A stretch of DNA of 64,000 nt from an uncultured Clostridia bacterium (GCA_946415375.1 CAMKSF010000006.1:11241-75240), one strand, 5' to 3'; numbered from the stretch's first letter, positions 21,987-33,226 are shown. Numbers and translations are program-made. Notes: generated from the sequence alone by a model not told the origin.

Positions 21987-23913
21987 GGAAAAAGATTTAT
22001 ATATAAAAAGCAAATTTCAAGAAGATAAACTAATATCAAAAAAAGCAGATGATATTTTTAATAAATTATATAAGGGGGAATTATTTATGGAAAAAAATGA
22101 AAATGAAAAAAATGGAAATTCCACAAAAGGAAAATTCTCACAAGAAAGAACTGCAAATGGGAAAAAGAAATTTCCAAAGTGGAAAGGATGGCTGGCAACT
22201 GCTGCAAGTTTTGTCATAATATTTGGAGCAGCAAATGTTTATGCAACTAGTCAAGGATATGAAAATATATTCTTTTTAATTAAGAATATAGTTACTGGCA
22301 GTGATAGAGTTGACGGAAAAGATAATATTTTATCAGATAGAGATATAACAATTTCTTATGAACCTATTAATATCTGTAAGGGCTTAAGCATTACAGTAAA
22401 AAGACTACAAATAAAAGACAACGAAGCAAAACTATATATACTAACAAGTGCGAAGGATTCAGTTGAGAAAAATGTTCTTCCATTAACATTTAAAGCTTTT
22501 AATAATAAGAATGTGGAATTATGCAATCAAGAAAGTTTTGTAGATGGAAAAAATAGCAGTGCAGATACAGATGAATTAGTATTAAAAGGATTTAAAGAAA
22601 AGGATTCTATAATAAATTTAGAAATATATAATGCAAACTCAGAGAAAATAACAACAATAGTTATTGATATAAATAAGAAAACTGTAGAAGTACAAGGGGA
22701 ACAAGAGGCTTTACAAAAAATATCAGAAATAGAATTGAAAAAGTTTTTAGGACATGTTGCAGGATTATCTGAAAAACTAAATATTACAGATGATGAAATA
22801 AAAATTGATTTAGCATGTCATATGTTGTCAGAAATAAGATCTAACATAGTAACTGAAATAAATGGAGTTAATGCTTATCCAGTTAATGAAGTTGATAATA
22901 TGCTTGAAAGCTTTATTGGTAAAAAAGTAGAAAAATTCAAAAATGGTAAACATATTAAAATAGTATCTAAAAATGGGGAAAAATATTATTCATATAGTAA
23001 GCCTAGTGAGACTGTTCTTGGCGGAGAATGTATTAATATTAGTAATATTTCATACTGCAACCAAATATATTCAGTAAACTATTCATTCTATTATAGAGGT
23101 ATAGAACCAGATGAAGATATCAATATGGATAATTATGATATATATGAGCAAGATGTTTGTATAAGCTTAAATGAAGATACTACTTACAGTAGATTTAAAG
23201 TGGTATCTATGGAAAATCCAACAATTATAAAAAAGGCAAATAATAAAGCAAATGATACAGACAAAGAAAAGAATAAAACTGATTCAAGTGAACATACTAC
23301 AAATGGTGATGAATCAAGTGAAAATAATACAATAGAAGCAGATAGTAATACAGTTATAGATACTAATAATACTTCAAACAATGAAGATACTTCTTCTGAA
23401 CAAAAAATAGATAATTATGCTTCATCTCTATCTTGGTCAGAATACTGGGCACCTGGAATTAAATTACAATATCCAAGTAATTGGGAAATAGAAGAAATTG
23501 GAGGATATTATAGAGGAACTAGACAAGGAGAATTATCTACTATAATTAGTGGAATTGCTGAAGGAATTGACAAAGATACTAATGAGATAATAAAAACAAG
23601 TGTTGAAATACAGATTTATGAGCCAGAATTTACAGAGATATTAGATAAAAAAGACTATTATAATAAAAAAACTAGTAGTTCTATAGATGATGTTGAATCT
23701 CTATCAGGATATACATCAAAGAATTCTGGTAGATGGTATTTACATTCAAGCACAAAGAATGGAAAAGAAATTCAAACATATATTAACTATGATGAGAATT
23801 CACAAGTTGGACGTGTAATAAAAATAATAACAAACACACCAAATAAAACAAACTGGAAAGTAGTTAATATTACTAATTGGATATTCGGATCTGTAAAATT
23901 TACAAGTTGGTAA
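21970..23913 (+). CDS. Probable anti-sigma factor (single TM, large extracellular domain)
   Basis: Overlaps the ECF gene; TM segment WLATAASFVIIFGAANVYA; start may be GTG at 21979. Confidence 0.7.
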   Translation: MKIVDEEKDLYIKSKFQEDKLISKKADDIFNKLYKGELFMEKNENEKNGNSTKGKFSQERTANGKKKFPKWKGWLATAASFVIIFGAANVYATSQGYENIFFLIKNIVTGSDRVDGKDNILSDRDITISYEPINICKGLSITVKRLQIKDNEAKLYILTSAKDSVEKNVLPLTFKAFNNKNVELCNQESFVDGKNSSADTDELVLKGFKEKDSIINLEIYNANSEKITTIVIDINKKTVEVQGEQEALQKISEIELKKFLGHVAGLSEKLNITDDEIKIDLACHMLSEIRSNIVTEINGVNAYPVNEVDNMLESFIGKKVEKFKNGKHIKIVSKNGEKYYSYSKPSETVLGGECINISNISYCNQIYSVNYSFYYRGIEPDEDINMDNYDIYEQDVCISLNEDTTYSRFKVVSMENPTIIKKANNKANDTDKEKNKTDSSEHTTNGDESSENNTIEADSNTVIDTNNTSNNEDTSSEQKIDNYASSLSWSEYWAPGIKLQYPSNWEIEEIGGYYRGTRQGELSTIISGIAEGIDKDTNEIIKTSVEIQIYEPEFTEILDKKDYYNKKTSSSIDDVESLSGYTSKNSGRWYLHSSTKNGKEIQTYINYDENSQVGRVIKIITNTPNKTNWKVVNITNWIFGSVKFTSW

Positions 23914-24008
23914 AATAGAACTATAATAAATATAGAATATTTAAATAATTGTATAAATAAATATAAATCTCCTAATAATATTAAAAATATATTATTAGGA
24001 GGTTTTTT

Positions 24009-24941
24009 ATGTATAATTTTCGAACAGATTTAGCTGTAGAAAGAGCAAACATATATAAAAAGGCAAATAAACTAGAAGAAATCGATGGAATCGAGACAGA
24101 AGAAGATGATATTGACGAAAATATTAAAGTATCAAGAGTAAAAATCACAAATGAAAATGGAGAACATGCTATAGGAAAGGTGAAAGGAATTTACGTAACA
24201 ATTGATTTGAAAGATTTGAAGAATGTTGATGAAAATGAGATACAAAAGGCATCGGATACTTTATCAAATGAACTTAAAGGAATTATTCAAAAACATGTAA
24301 GTTTCAAAGATGATATTATGGTTATTGGGCTTGGAAATATATATGTTACACCAGATTCATTAGGACCGAAGGTTATAAATGAAATAGATGTTACAAGACA
24401 TATAATAAAATATTTGCCACAATATATTGATGAAAATGCAAGACCAGTTACTGCAATTTCACCTGGTGTTTTAGGAACAACTGGAATTGAAACTTATGAG
24501 ATTTTAAAAGGAATTGTAGATAATGTAAAACCAAAACTCTTAATAGTCATAGATGCTCTTGCTTCAAGAAACATTGAAAGAATAAGTAGTACAATACAAA
24601 TTTCAGACACAGGAATTGTTCCAGGTGCGGGAGTTGGAAATACAAGACAAGAAATTTCCAAAAAAACACTTGGAATACCTGTTATAGCGCTTGGAATTCC
24701 AACAGTAGTTGAATCTGCAGTCCTTGTTAATGATTGCTTAGATTTGTTAATAGAAAAAATGCAGAATGAAGCTAAGTCAAATGTATTTTTAAATCAGTTA
24801 AAAGAACAAGATAATTATGAAACAATAAAAGATGTATTAAACCCTCAAAACTACAATATGATTGTCACTCCAAAAGAAATAGATGACTTGATTGAAAATA
24901 TGAAAGATGTTGTTGCAAGAGGAATAAATATGAGCTTATAG
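24009..24941 (+). CDS. gpr: Germination protease GPR
   Basis: RTDLAVE, GLGN..VTPDSLGP, PGVLGTTGIET, IDALASR, VTPKEID. Confidence 0.96.
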   Translation: MYNFRTDLAVERANIYKKANKLEEIDGIETEEDDIDENIKVSRVKITNENGEHAIGKVKGIYVTIDLKDLKNVDENEIQKASDTLSNELKGIIQKHVSFKDDIMVIGLGNIYVTPDSLGPKVINEIDVTRHIIKYLPQYIDENARPVTAISPGVLGTTGIETYEILKGIVDNVKPKLLIVIDALASRNIERISSTIQISDTGIVPGAGVGNTRQEISKKTLGIPVIALGIPTVVESAVLVNDCLDLLIEKMQNEAKSNVFLNQLKEQDNYETIKDVLNPQNYNMIVTPKEIDDLIENMKDVVARGINMSL

Positions 24942-25054
24942 TACTTTATTATTAATAGGAATAGTACTATCAATTTTTTTACTATATATCGTTGCAAAAA
25001 AAATATATAAATGATATAATTCTTGCAAGAGAAACATAAGAAGGGAAGAATAAT

Positions 25055-27613
25055 ATGGGAAAAATAGTATTATTAGATGAATTAACGATAAATCAAATTG
25101 CAGCCGGTGAGGTTATAGAAAGACCAGCCTCAGTTGTAAAAGAAATGGTAGAAAACTCTATTGATGCAGGAGCAACAAATATTGTTGTTGAGATAAAAAA
25201 TGGAGGTATTTCATATATAAGAGTAATAGATAATGGGAAAGGAATTGCAAGAGATGATGTAGAAATCGCTTTTGAGAGACATGCGACAAGCAAAATAAGA
25301 TCAGCAGCCGACTTACAAGATGTAAAGTCAATGGGGTTTAGAGGTGAAGCATTAGCAAGTATTGCGGCAATTTCTAGTGTAGAGTTAACTTCAAGGACAG
25401 AAGAACAACCAACAGGAGAAAGGGTTTTAGCAGAAGGGGGAGAAGTTAAAAGTGTAGAAGAAGTTGCTTGCAGTGTTGGAACATCTATAACTGTAAGGAA
25501 TCTTTTCTATAACACACCAGTTAGATATAAATTTTTAAAGAAAGATTTTACAGAAACTGGATATATTGAAGATGTAATTACAAGAATAGCTTTAGTTCAT
25601 CCTGAAATTGCATTTAAATTAATCAATACTGGAAAAACAACAATTTCAACAAATGGAAATGGAGATATAAGATCTGTAGTTTATAGCATTTTTGGAAAAG
25701 AGATTGCAGAAGAGATTATTCCAATTGAATATGATTATGAATATATAAAGGTTAAAGGTGTAATTGGAAAACCAGCAATAGCAAGATCTAATAGAACTAA
25801 TCAAATGTTTTTTGTAAATGATAGATATATAAAAGACAAAACATTAACAGCTGCTGCTGAACAAGCATATAAAGGAATGATTCCTATTGGAAAATTTGCA
25901 TTCTTAATTCTTAATTTAGAAATGGCACCAAGCAAAGTAGATGTTAATGTTCACCCTGCTAAATTAGAGGTTAGATTTTCTGAAGAAAACATTGTATTCC
26001 AAGCAGTTTTTCACGCAATAAAAAATAATTTATTAAGTGCAGATTTAATATCAGATAGAGAGAAAAACAAAGAGATAAAAGATGCTTCAAAAGATGCATT
26101 TAAAATAGATTATGATAGTATAAACAATGGCGGATTATTTGGGAATAGAAATAAAGAAAATGATACAATTGGAGAAAAACATGATGTTACCGATTCTACA
26201 ATAAAAATAGATAATTCTGAAATAGTTTCAAATTTTGGACAAATGATAGAAGAGCCTAAGATAGAAGAAGATACTGAACCTAAAACAGAAATTGAAGAAA
26301 TGGATGTCTTTGAAAGGTTAAAAAGATTAAGACAACAACTAAAAGAAGATATAATTGCAAATCCTACAATTCAAATGACAGATGATTACAAAAAAATAGA
26401 ACAAAAATATAATGATATTATTACAGCAACAGATGAAATTAAAAAGGAAGAACAAAACATAGAAGCTCATGGAATAGAAGAAGAAATTTTACAAGAACAA
26501 AATGTAGAAGATAAAGAAAAAATAGAAAATGAGATACAAGGACATAATGAAATAAATAGTGGAGAATATGAAGATGATATAAAAAATCAAACTTTAGAAA
26601 TTCCAATAATTAATGAAGAATTAGGACAAAACAATGATTTTGAACAAGCTGAAAACATTATTATACAAGAAAGTTCAGAAACAAATAATAATATTGACAC
26701 ACAGGTAAATACAGAACAAACAGAGAATGTTGATAATTCAAAAGAAATAGAAGCTGAAAATGAAAAAGTTCAAACAGAAGAACAGCCAAATGAACAAAAT
26801 AAAGAAAATATACATGATGAACAATTAAAAACACAAGAAGAAAAAGTAGAAGAAGTTAAGGACAAAATTCTTTCTTTTGAAGCAATGTATAGAGAAATAT
26901 TTGGAAAAGAACCTTATGGAGGAAGAATAAAACCAGAAGAGCCAAAGAAAAAAGAAGAGGAAAATAAATATAAAATAACACAAGAAGAACTAGATGATAA
27001 TGTTTCTGTATTTGAAAACATGGAACAGTATAAAAAGCCAACATACAAATTTATTGGTATAGCTTTTAAAACATATATAATATTAGAAATGAATCAAGAA
27101 TTATATATAATGGATCAACATGCAGCACATGAGAGAATTCTGTATGAAAAAGTTAAGAAAAATTTCTTTAGTGATACAGAAAAAGAAGCTCAAATGTTAT
27201 TATTACCAGATGTAATAACACTTACAAATAAAGAGATGGGCATTGCAAAAGATAATATGGATTTATTTGCAAGAGCAGGATTTGTAGTTGAGGAATTTGG
27301 CGATAATACATTAAAAGTTTCAGGAGTTCCAGACATTTGTATAGACATAGATACAAAAGAATTATTTATGGAAACATTAGACGAAATAAATACGGTTGCA
27401 AGAACAGCAAAACAAGAAAAAGAAGAAAAATTTATTGCAACAGTTGCATGCAAAGCAGCAGTTAAAGCAAATATGGCATTAACAGAAGAGGAAGTGACTA
27501 GTTTGATGAATGAATTATTAAAACTCCCAAATCCTTTCTCTTGTCCACATGGAAGACCAACAGTAATAAAAATGTCAAAATATGATATAGAAAGAAAATT
27601 TGCAAGAAAATAG
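25055..27613 (+). CDS. mutL: DNA mismatch repair protein MutL
   Basis: IAAGEVIERP, GFRGEAL, DQHAAHER, CPHGRP. Confidence 0.97.
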   Translation: MGKIVLLDELTINQIAAGEVIERPASVVKEMVENSIDAGATNIVVEIKNGGISYIRVIDNGKGIARDDVEIAFERHATSKIRSAADLQDVKSMGFRGEALASIAAISSVELTSRTEEQPTGERVLAEGGEVKSVEEVACSVGTSITVRNLFYNTPVRYKFLKKDFTETGYIEDVITRIALVHPEIAFKLINTGKTTISTNGNGDIRSVVYSIFGKEIAEEIIPIEYDYEYIKVKGVIGKPAIARSNRTNQMFFVNDRYIKDKTLTAAAEQAYKGMIPIGKFAFLILNLEMAPSKVDVNVHPAKLEVRFSEENIVFQAVFHAIKNNLLSADLISDREKNKEIKDASKDAFKIDYDSINNGGLFGNRNKENDTIGEKHDVTDSTIKIDNSEIVSNFGQMIEEPKIEEDTEPKTEIEEMDVFERLKRLRQQLKEDIIANPTIQMTDDYKKIEQKYNDIITATDEIKKEEQNIEAHGIEEEILQEQNVEDKEKIENEIQGHNEINSGEYEDDIKNQTLEIPIINEELGQNNDFEQAENIIIQESSETNNNIDTQVNTEQTENVDNSKEIEAENEKVQTEEQPNEQNKENIHDEQLKTQEEKVEEVKDKILSFEAMYREIFGKEPYGGRIKPEEPKKKEEENKYKITQEELDDNVSVFENMEQYKKPTYKFIGIAFKTYIILEMNQELYIMDQHAAHERILYEKVKKNFFSDTEKEAQMLLLPDVITLTNKEMGIAKDNMDLFARAGFVVEEFGDNTLKVSGVPDICIDIDTKELFMETLDEINTVARTAKQEKEEKFIATVACKAAVKANMALTEEEVTSLMNELLKLPNPFSCPHGRPTVIKMSKYDIERKFARK

Positions 27614-27631
27614 ATTTAAAGAGGGAATAAA

Positions 27632-28069
27632 ATGTCGCTAATATATTTTATAATCACTGTGCTATTTATAATATATATAGTTTGTGTATGGAATAGTACA
27701 AAAGAGTTTGAAACAGTATTAATGAGAATTTCATTTATCCTTGTAGGTACTCTTTTTATAACGATACTTACACTTATTCTATTTTGGATATCAAAATTTG
27801 GAATATCATATCCAAAGAAAGAGATGGTAGGAGAAGTAAGAAAAATTATACTTTTAAGTTTTATTCCAATTAATGGATTTATTACTTTGACCCAAGCTTC
27901 AACTATTTTTGCTCAAGCAAAAAGTGGAATGGTTTCAAAAGAAGATATGGAAAAGAAATTAAAAAAACTAGTGATTATTTTCATTGTTTTAATTGTTTTT
28001 GAAGCAGTATATTTCAAGAATATTCAAAATGGTATGATACAGATAATACAAAATAGGGTAGTAAAATAA
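27632..28069 (+). CDS. Four-TM membrane protein of unknown function
   Basis: Hydrophobicity pattern; SD present. Confidence 0.65.
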   Translation: MSLIYFIITVLFIIYIVCVWNSTKEFETVLMRISFILVGTLFITILTLILFWISKFGISYPKKEMVGEVRKIILLSFIPINGFITLTQASTIFAQAKSGMVSKEDMEKKLKKLVIIFIVLIVFEAVYFKNIQNGMIQIIQNRVVK

Positions 28070-28081
28070 AGGAGAATTAAA

Positions 28082-29014
28082 TTGAAACAAAAAGTAATTG
28101 TAATTGTTGGACCAACTGCTTCAGGAAAAACTGCACTTTCAATTGAACTTGCGAAAAAAATAAGTGGAGAGATTGTTTCCTGTGATTCAATGCAAATATA
28201 TAAAGATATGAATATTGGTTCGGCAAAGCCAACTAATGAGGAAATGCAAGGGATAAAGCACTATTTAATAGATGTAGTAAGACCGGATGAGAGATTCAGT
28301 GTTGCAGAGTACAAGAAACAGGCAGAAGCTGCAATTGAAGATATTATTTCTAAAGGTAAGATGCCAATTGTTATAGGTGGGACTGGATTATATGCAGATA
28401 GTTTAATTTATGGAATTGATTATCCTGAAATAATATTTGATGAAGAATACAGAAAAAGCTTAGAAGAAAAAGCGAAGACAGATGAAGGACTTAAAGAAAT
28501 ATATAACAGGGCAAAAGAAATAGATGAAAAAGCAATTAGTAAAATAAGTGAAAATGATAGAAAAAGGATAATAAGAATTTTAGAAATTTATCATCAAACT
28601 GGAAAAACAAAAACAGAACTAGAGATTGAATCTAGAAAAAATGAGATAAAATATGATTATAAAGTCTTTGCTATAAATATGGATAGAAATGTTTTATATG
28701 ATAGAATAAATAAAAGAGTAGACTTAATGATAGAAAATGGCCTAATCGATGAAGTTAAGTCTTTACTGGAAAAATATAATGAATTTCCAACAGCGATGCA
28801 GGGATTAGGATATAAGGAAGTTGTACAGTTTTTAAATAATGAGTTAACAAAAGATGAAATGATAGAAAAAATAAAACAAGAAACAAGGAGATTTGCTAAA
28901 AGGCAACTTACTTGGTTTAGAAAAAACAAGGAAACAATTTGGCTAGATGGCTTAGTGGATGTGAAAAATAATATAGATATTATTTTGGAGGAAATAAATT
29001 GGGCAAAATTGTAA
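28082..29014 (+). CDS. miaA: tRNA dimethylallyltransferase
   Basis: GPTASGKT, DSMQIY, GGTGLY, AKRQLTW. Confidence 0.97.
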   Translation: MKQKVIVIVGPTASGKTALSIELAKKISGEIVSCDSMQIYKDMNIGSAKPTNEEMQGIKHYLIDVVRPDERFSVAEYKKQAEAAIEDIISKGKMPIVIGGTGLYADSLIYGIDYPEIIFDEEYRKSLEEKAKTDEGLKEIYNRAKEIDEKAISKISENDRKRIIRILEIYHQTGKTKTELEIESRKNEIKYDYKVFAINMDRNVLYDRINKRVDLMIENGLIDEVKSLLEKYNEFPTAMQGLGYKEVVQFLNNELTKDEMIEKIKQETRRFAKRQLTWFRKNKETIWLDGLVDVKNNIDIILEEINWAKL

Positions 29015-30243
29015 ATTTGAAAGAAACAAGAAAAAAAATTGTGAAAAAGAAATTAATAATGAATATTCTTTTTATTACAGTTTCATTATACATACTGTAT
29101 GCGATTTATCTTATTATAAGAACGCCAACAGATACAGTAACAGTTGAAAATGGAACTTTGACAGCTGAGGAGAGTTCAAACGGATTCATAATTAGAGATG
29201 AAACAGTAGTAAAAGGAAAAAACTATAAAAATGGAATAAATCAGATTATACTAGAAGGAGAAAAAGCTGCAAAGAAGCAAACTATATTTAGATATTATGG
29301 AACAGAAGAAACAAAACTTCAAGTCAAGATTGACGAATTAAATCAAAAAATACAAAAAGCACTAGAAAAAGAAAACACATTTCAATCTTCAGATATTAAA
29401 AATCTTGATAATCAAATTGATTCAAAGCTTCAAGATTTAAAAAATATTAATGATGTAAAAGATCTTTTTGAATATAAAAAACAGCTATCAGAAATAATGT
29501 TAAAAAAAGCTACAATAGCGGGTGAAAATAGTAAAAGTGGCTCATACATTAAAAGTTTAATGGAAAAAAAGTCAAAATATGAAAAAAAGCTTATAGAAGG
29601 CTCAGAATACATAGTTGCGCCTAAAAGTGGAATAGTATCATATAGAGTTGATGGACTTGAAAATGTATTGAAGACAGATGGATTTGAAGAGTTAAATGAA
29701 AAGAAATTAGATGAACTGGATATAAAAACAGGGCAAATTATATCATCAAGTAATGAAGAAGCTAAAGTAATAAACAATTTTGAGGTGTATATTGCTACTG
29801 TATTAGATTCATTACCTGCAAAACAAGCTGAAGCTGGAAAAAAAGTATTAATTACACTTTCTTCCGGCGAAGAAGTGAATGCAACAATTCATTACACAAA
29901 AGTTCAAGAAAATGGAAAAGTTCTTATTATTTTTAAAATAAATACATTAACAGATGAATTAAGGTGTTATAGGAAGATTTCATTTAATATTACATGGTGG
30001 AGTGTATCAGGAAAAAAAGTTCCGAATGATTCAATTCTAGAAGATGAAAATCATTCAAAATATGTTTTAAGAAAGAATTCACTTGGAACATCAAAATGTT
30101 ATATAAAAATTTTGAAGACTAATGACAAATACTCTATTATAAACTCGTATAGTATTGAAGATTTAGCTACTTTAGGAATTGATGTAGATACATATAAAGG
30201 GATAAATGTTTATGATGTTATAATGCTTTATCCTAAAAAATAA
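28999..30243 (+). CDS. HlyD-like membrane-fusion/adaptor protein of the clostridial sepF cluster
   Basis: N-terminal TM, coiled coil, APKSGIVSYRVDGLE. Confidence 0.7.
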   Translation: MGKIVNLKETRKKIVKKKLIMNILFITVSLYILYAIYLIIRTPTDTVTVENGTLTAEESSNGFIIRDETVVKGKNYKNGINQIILEGEKAAKKQTIFRYYGTEETKLQVKIDELNQKIQKALEKENTFQSSDIKNLDNQIDSKLQDLKNINDVKDLFEYKKQLSEIMLKKATIAGENSKSGSYIKSLMEKKSKYEKKLIEGSEYIVAPKSGIVSYRVDGLENVLKTDGFEELNEKKLDELDIKTGQIISSSNEEAKVINNFEVYIATVLDSLPAKQAEAGKKVLITLSSGEEVNATIHYTKVQENGKVLIIFKINTLTDELRCYRKISFNITWWSVSGKKVPNDSILEDENHSKYVLRKNSLGTSKCYIKILKTNDKYSIINSYSIEDLATLGIDVDTYKGINVYDVIMLYPKK

Positions 30244-30368
30244 TGTTACAAATGTATTACAACTATATTATATTTTCGTAACATTTAGCGAAAACTATTG
30301 ACAAAAAGAAAAAAATATAAGATACTAAAAATGATTTATATTTTAAGGTAAAATTTGGGAGGTTAAAA

Positions 30369-30854
30369 ATGGCAAGTGCAATAATGAATAAGGTATGGAA
30401 TTTATTAGGAATGGAACCAGAAACAGATAATTATGGTGATGAGAATGAAGATATATATGATAATGATTACTATGATGAAGAAGAACAAGAACCAATGGTA
30501 GAGGAAAAAAGAGGCTTTATGAAGAAAAATAAAGTTTCTACTATGCCACAACAATCAATTAGAATGGTAATTTCTCAACCAACTACTTTTGAACAATCAG
30601 AAGAAATATGTGGATTTTTAAAAGAAAGAAAATCAGTAATAGTAAATTTAGAATATGTAAATAAAGATGTAGCAAGACGTATAGTAGATTTTATAAGTGG
30701 AGGAGTATATAGTTTAGATGCACATATACAAAAGGTATCTAATTCTATATTCTTAATTGCACCTATGAATTATGAAATCACAAATGAAATGGCTAGAGAA
30801 GAAATAAAAAATAAATTATCTGTTTCTTGGTTGAATAAAAATAATATAGACTAA
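30369..30854 (+). CDS. sepF: Cell division protein SepF
   Basis: VIVNLE...ARRIVDFISGGVY...IFLIAP. Confidence 0.95.
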   Translation: MASAIMNKVWNLLGMEPETDNYGDENEDIYDNDYYDEEEQEPMVEEKRGFMKKNKVSTMPQQSIRMVISQPTTFEQSEEICGFLKERKSVIVNLEYVNKDVARRIVDFISGGVYSLDAHIQKVSNSIFLIAPMNYEITNEMAREEIKNKLSVSWLNKNNID

Positions 30855-30874
30855 TATAGTAAGGGGGCTTTAAT

Positions 30875-31327
30875 ATGCTTACACCATTAGATATAGAAAA
30901 TAAAAGATTTTCTAAACAAATGATGAATGGCTATAATGTTGAAGAAGTCGATGACTTTCTTGATGAAATAGGGACAGATTATGCAAAAAAGAGCAGAGAT
31001 CTTCAAGAAAAAGATAAAGAGCTAGATGAACTAAAAAAAGAAATAGAAAAATACAAAAGTTTAGAAAGTACTCTTCAAAATACATTAGTTATGGCTCAAT
31101 CAACAGCAGAAGAAGTAAAAAATGTTGCAAAAAAACAAGCTGATCAACTGCTAACAGAAGCAAAATCAACAGCAGAAAGAGAAGCAATGGATTTAGAACA
31201 AAAAATTTCATTCAAAAAAAGAGAGTATGAAAATTTACAAAAACAATTTGATATATACAAAGCGAAAATGGAATCACTTTTAATCTCTCAGTTAGAATTA
31301 ATAAAAGAAGTTAACAAAGATAACTAA
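30875..31327 (+). CDS. divIVA: Cell division protein DivIVA
   Basis: MLTPLDIENKRF...GYNVEEVDDFLD followed by coiled coil. Confidence 0.93.
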   Translation: MLTPLDIENKRFSKQMMNGYNVEEVDDFLDEIGTDYAKKSRDLQEKDKELDELKKEIEKYKSLESTLQNTLVMAQSTAEEVKNVAKKQADQLLTEAKSTAEREAMDLEQKISFKKREYENLQKQFDIYKAKMESLLISQLELIKEVNKDN

Positions 31328-31560
31328 TATAAGAAACAAAAGACAAAAGAAAACTATTCTCAAAAAAAGAGAATAGCTTTCTTTGTTTTTTTGTTCAAGA
31401 AAAAATAAAATAATTTTACAAAAAAGACATAGTGTATTGATTATGTTACCAAACTGTAACATTTTATTACAGAAGTGTTAAATGTATATGACAATTGTGT
31501 TAATTCTATTGACAAACATAGAAATTGGTATAAAATAGAAAATAATTAGAAAGGTAAAAT

Positions 31561-32106
31561 ATGAGAATTATAAGTGGGAGTGCAAGAGGAACTAAACTAT
31601 ATACACTAGAAGGACTTGAAACAAGGCCAACATTAGATAGAGTAAAAGAATCTATTTTTAATATAATACAAGATAGGATATATGAATCAAATGTATTAGA
31701 CTTGTTTTCAGGAAGTGGAGCAATTGGATTAGAATTCGCAAGCAGAGGAGCCAAAAAAGTTATCTTAAATGATTCTTCAAAAAAAGCAATTGAAATAATT
31801 CAAAAAAATATAGAAAAAACACATTTAGAAAAAATAGTGAAATTATATAATTTAGATTTTAAAAATGCATTATCAAAGGAAAAAGACAATAAATTTGATA
31901 TTATTTATTTAGACCCACCATATAAAACCGAATATATAAAAGACGCAATTGAATTAATACAAAAATTTAAAATTTTAAATGACAACGGGATAATAATTGC
32001 AGAAACAGATGAACCTGATAGAGTAGAACAACAAATAAAAGGTTTAGATATTAAAGAAATAAACAAAAGAAAATATGGAAGAGCTAGTTTATTTTTTATT
32101 ACATAA
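31561..32106 (+). CDS. rsmD: 16S rRNA m2G966 methyltransferase
   Basis: MRIISG, TRPTLDRVKES, LDLFSGSG, DPPY. Confidence 0.95.
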   Translation: MRIISGSARGTKLYTLEGLETRPTLDRVKESIFNIIQDRIYESNVLDLFSGSGAIGLEFASRGAKKVILNDSSKKAIEIIQKNIEKTHLEKIVKLYNLDFKNALSKEKDNKFDIIYLDPPYKTEYIKDAIELIQKFKILNDNGIIIAETDEPDRVEQQIKGLDIKEINKRKYGRASLFFIT

Positions 32107-32135
32107 AGCTATTGAGCTTAGAAAGGGAGAAAGTC

Positions 32136-32639
32136 ATGGAGATTTTTACATTATTAGAAACTTTAGAGGACATTTTAGAGAGGGGAAAATCTGTACCTTT
32201 TACAAGTAAAACTATAATTGATAAAGAGGAATTATTAGAAGTAATTAAAGAAATAAGATTAAAATTACCTGATGAATTAAAACAGGCAAAATGGATAAAA
32301 GAGGAAAGACAAAGAATACTACTTGAAGCTCAAAAAGAAGCAGATGAAGTTGTAAAAGAGGCAGAAAATAGAATCATCTCTATGATTGATGAACATGAGA
32401 TAACAAGAAAAGCTTATGAACAAAAGAATGAAATAATAGAAACTGCAAACGAGATGTCAAGAGAGATTACAAATGGAACTAAAGAATATGCGGATGGATT
32501 ATTAAATAATACTGAAAAAGTATTATCTGATACATTAGCTAACTTAGAAAAGAATTTATCAGAAGCAATGAATTTGATGCAAATTTCTTTAGAGGACACA
32601 ATAAAAACTGTACAAAACAGTAGAAGAGAATTAAAATAA
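32136..32639 (+). CDS. Conserved coiled-coil protein usually found after rsmD-coaD
   Basis: LPDELKQAKWIKEERQRIL..AQKEAD; start at MEIF behind GGGAG. Confidence 0.75.
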   Translation: MEIFTLLETLEDILERGKSVPFTSKTIIDKEELLEVIKEIRLKLPDELKQAKWIKEERQRILLEAQKEADEVVKEAENRIISMIDEHEITRKAYEQKNEIIETANEMSREITNGTKEYADGLLNNTEKVLSDTLANLEKNLSEAMNLMQISLEDTIKTVQNSRRELK

Positions 32640-32663
32640 ATCAATTAGAATGGAGCAAAAAAT

Positions 32664-33050
32664 ATGACAGATTTAAAAAAAGACATAAAAATTGTATTGC
32701 TTGTAGTTGGTGGATATATTTTAACAAATTTTCTAATATTTGTTGGATTTAATGCGAACTATAAAGCTATAGAATTAAAGTCAGAATTGCCAAGTGTAAT
32801 AAAAATAGAAAAAGCAGAAGCAACAAAAGTACAAGGCAGAGTGTATGGCAAAATTTCTAATACTGAAGAAAATGATTTAAATGGGAAATACATAAAGGTA
32901 GTAGTATTTAATGATAAAAACGAAAATATTGCAACCGAATATTTGAAAATTGAAAATTTAGAGAAACACGAAGAAAAACTTTTTAGAGCTACTTTTAATG
33001 CAGAAAAAGCAAAAAGTTATACAATAGATATTGTAGAAACAAATGAATAA
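32664..33050 (+). CDS. Small exported protein with a probable Ig-like (FxLYD-like) domain
   Basis: N-terminal TM; V.GKISN...YIKVVVFND pattern. Confidence 0.55.
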   Translation: MTDLKKDIKIVLLVVGGYILTNFLIFVGFNANYKAIELKSELPSVIKIEKAEATKVQGRVYGKISNTEENDLNGKYIKVVVFNDKNENIATEYLKIENLEKHEEKLFRATFNAEKAKSYTIDIVETNE

Positions 33051-33127
33051 AATAAACTGAGATATTTACAATTTAGGAATTGTTTAATATCTCAGTTTTT
33101 TTATTGAAAAAATTTAGTTTTATTTAA

Positions 33128-33226
33128 TTAATTGTTTTCGTTATTTTGCTTGTTTTGATTATTTCTGTTGTTGTTATTATTTTTATTATTGTTTTTACTA
33201 TTTCTATTATTATTTTTTTCTGACAT
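33128..33226 (-). CDS. Asn-rich 32-aa peptide
   Basis: GGAGGTG SD; MSEKNNNRNSKNNNKNNNNNRNNQNKQNNENN*; shares hairpin 33055-33100 with the convergent gene. Confidence 0.6.
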   Translation of the reverse strand: MSEKNNNRNSKNNNKNNNNNRNNQNKQNNENN

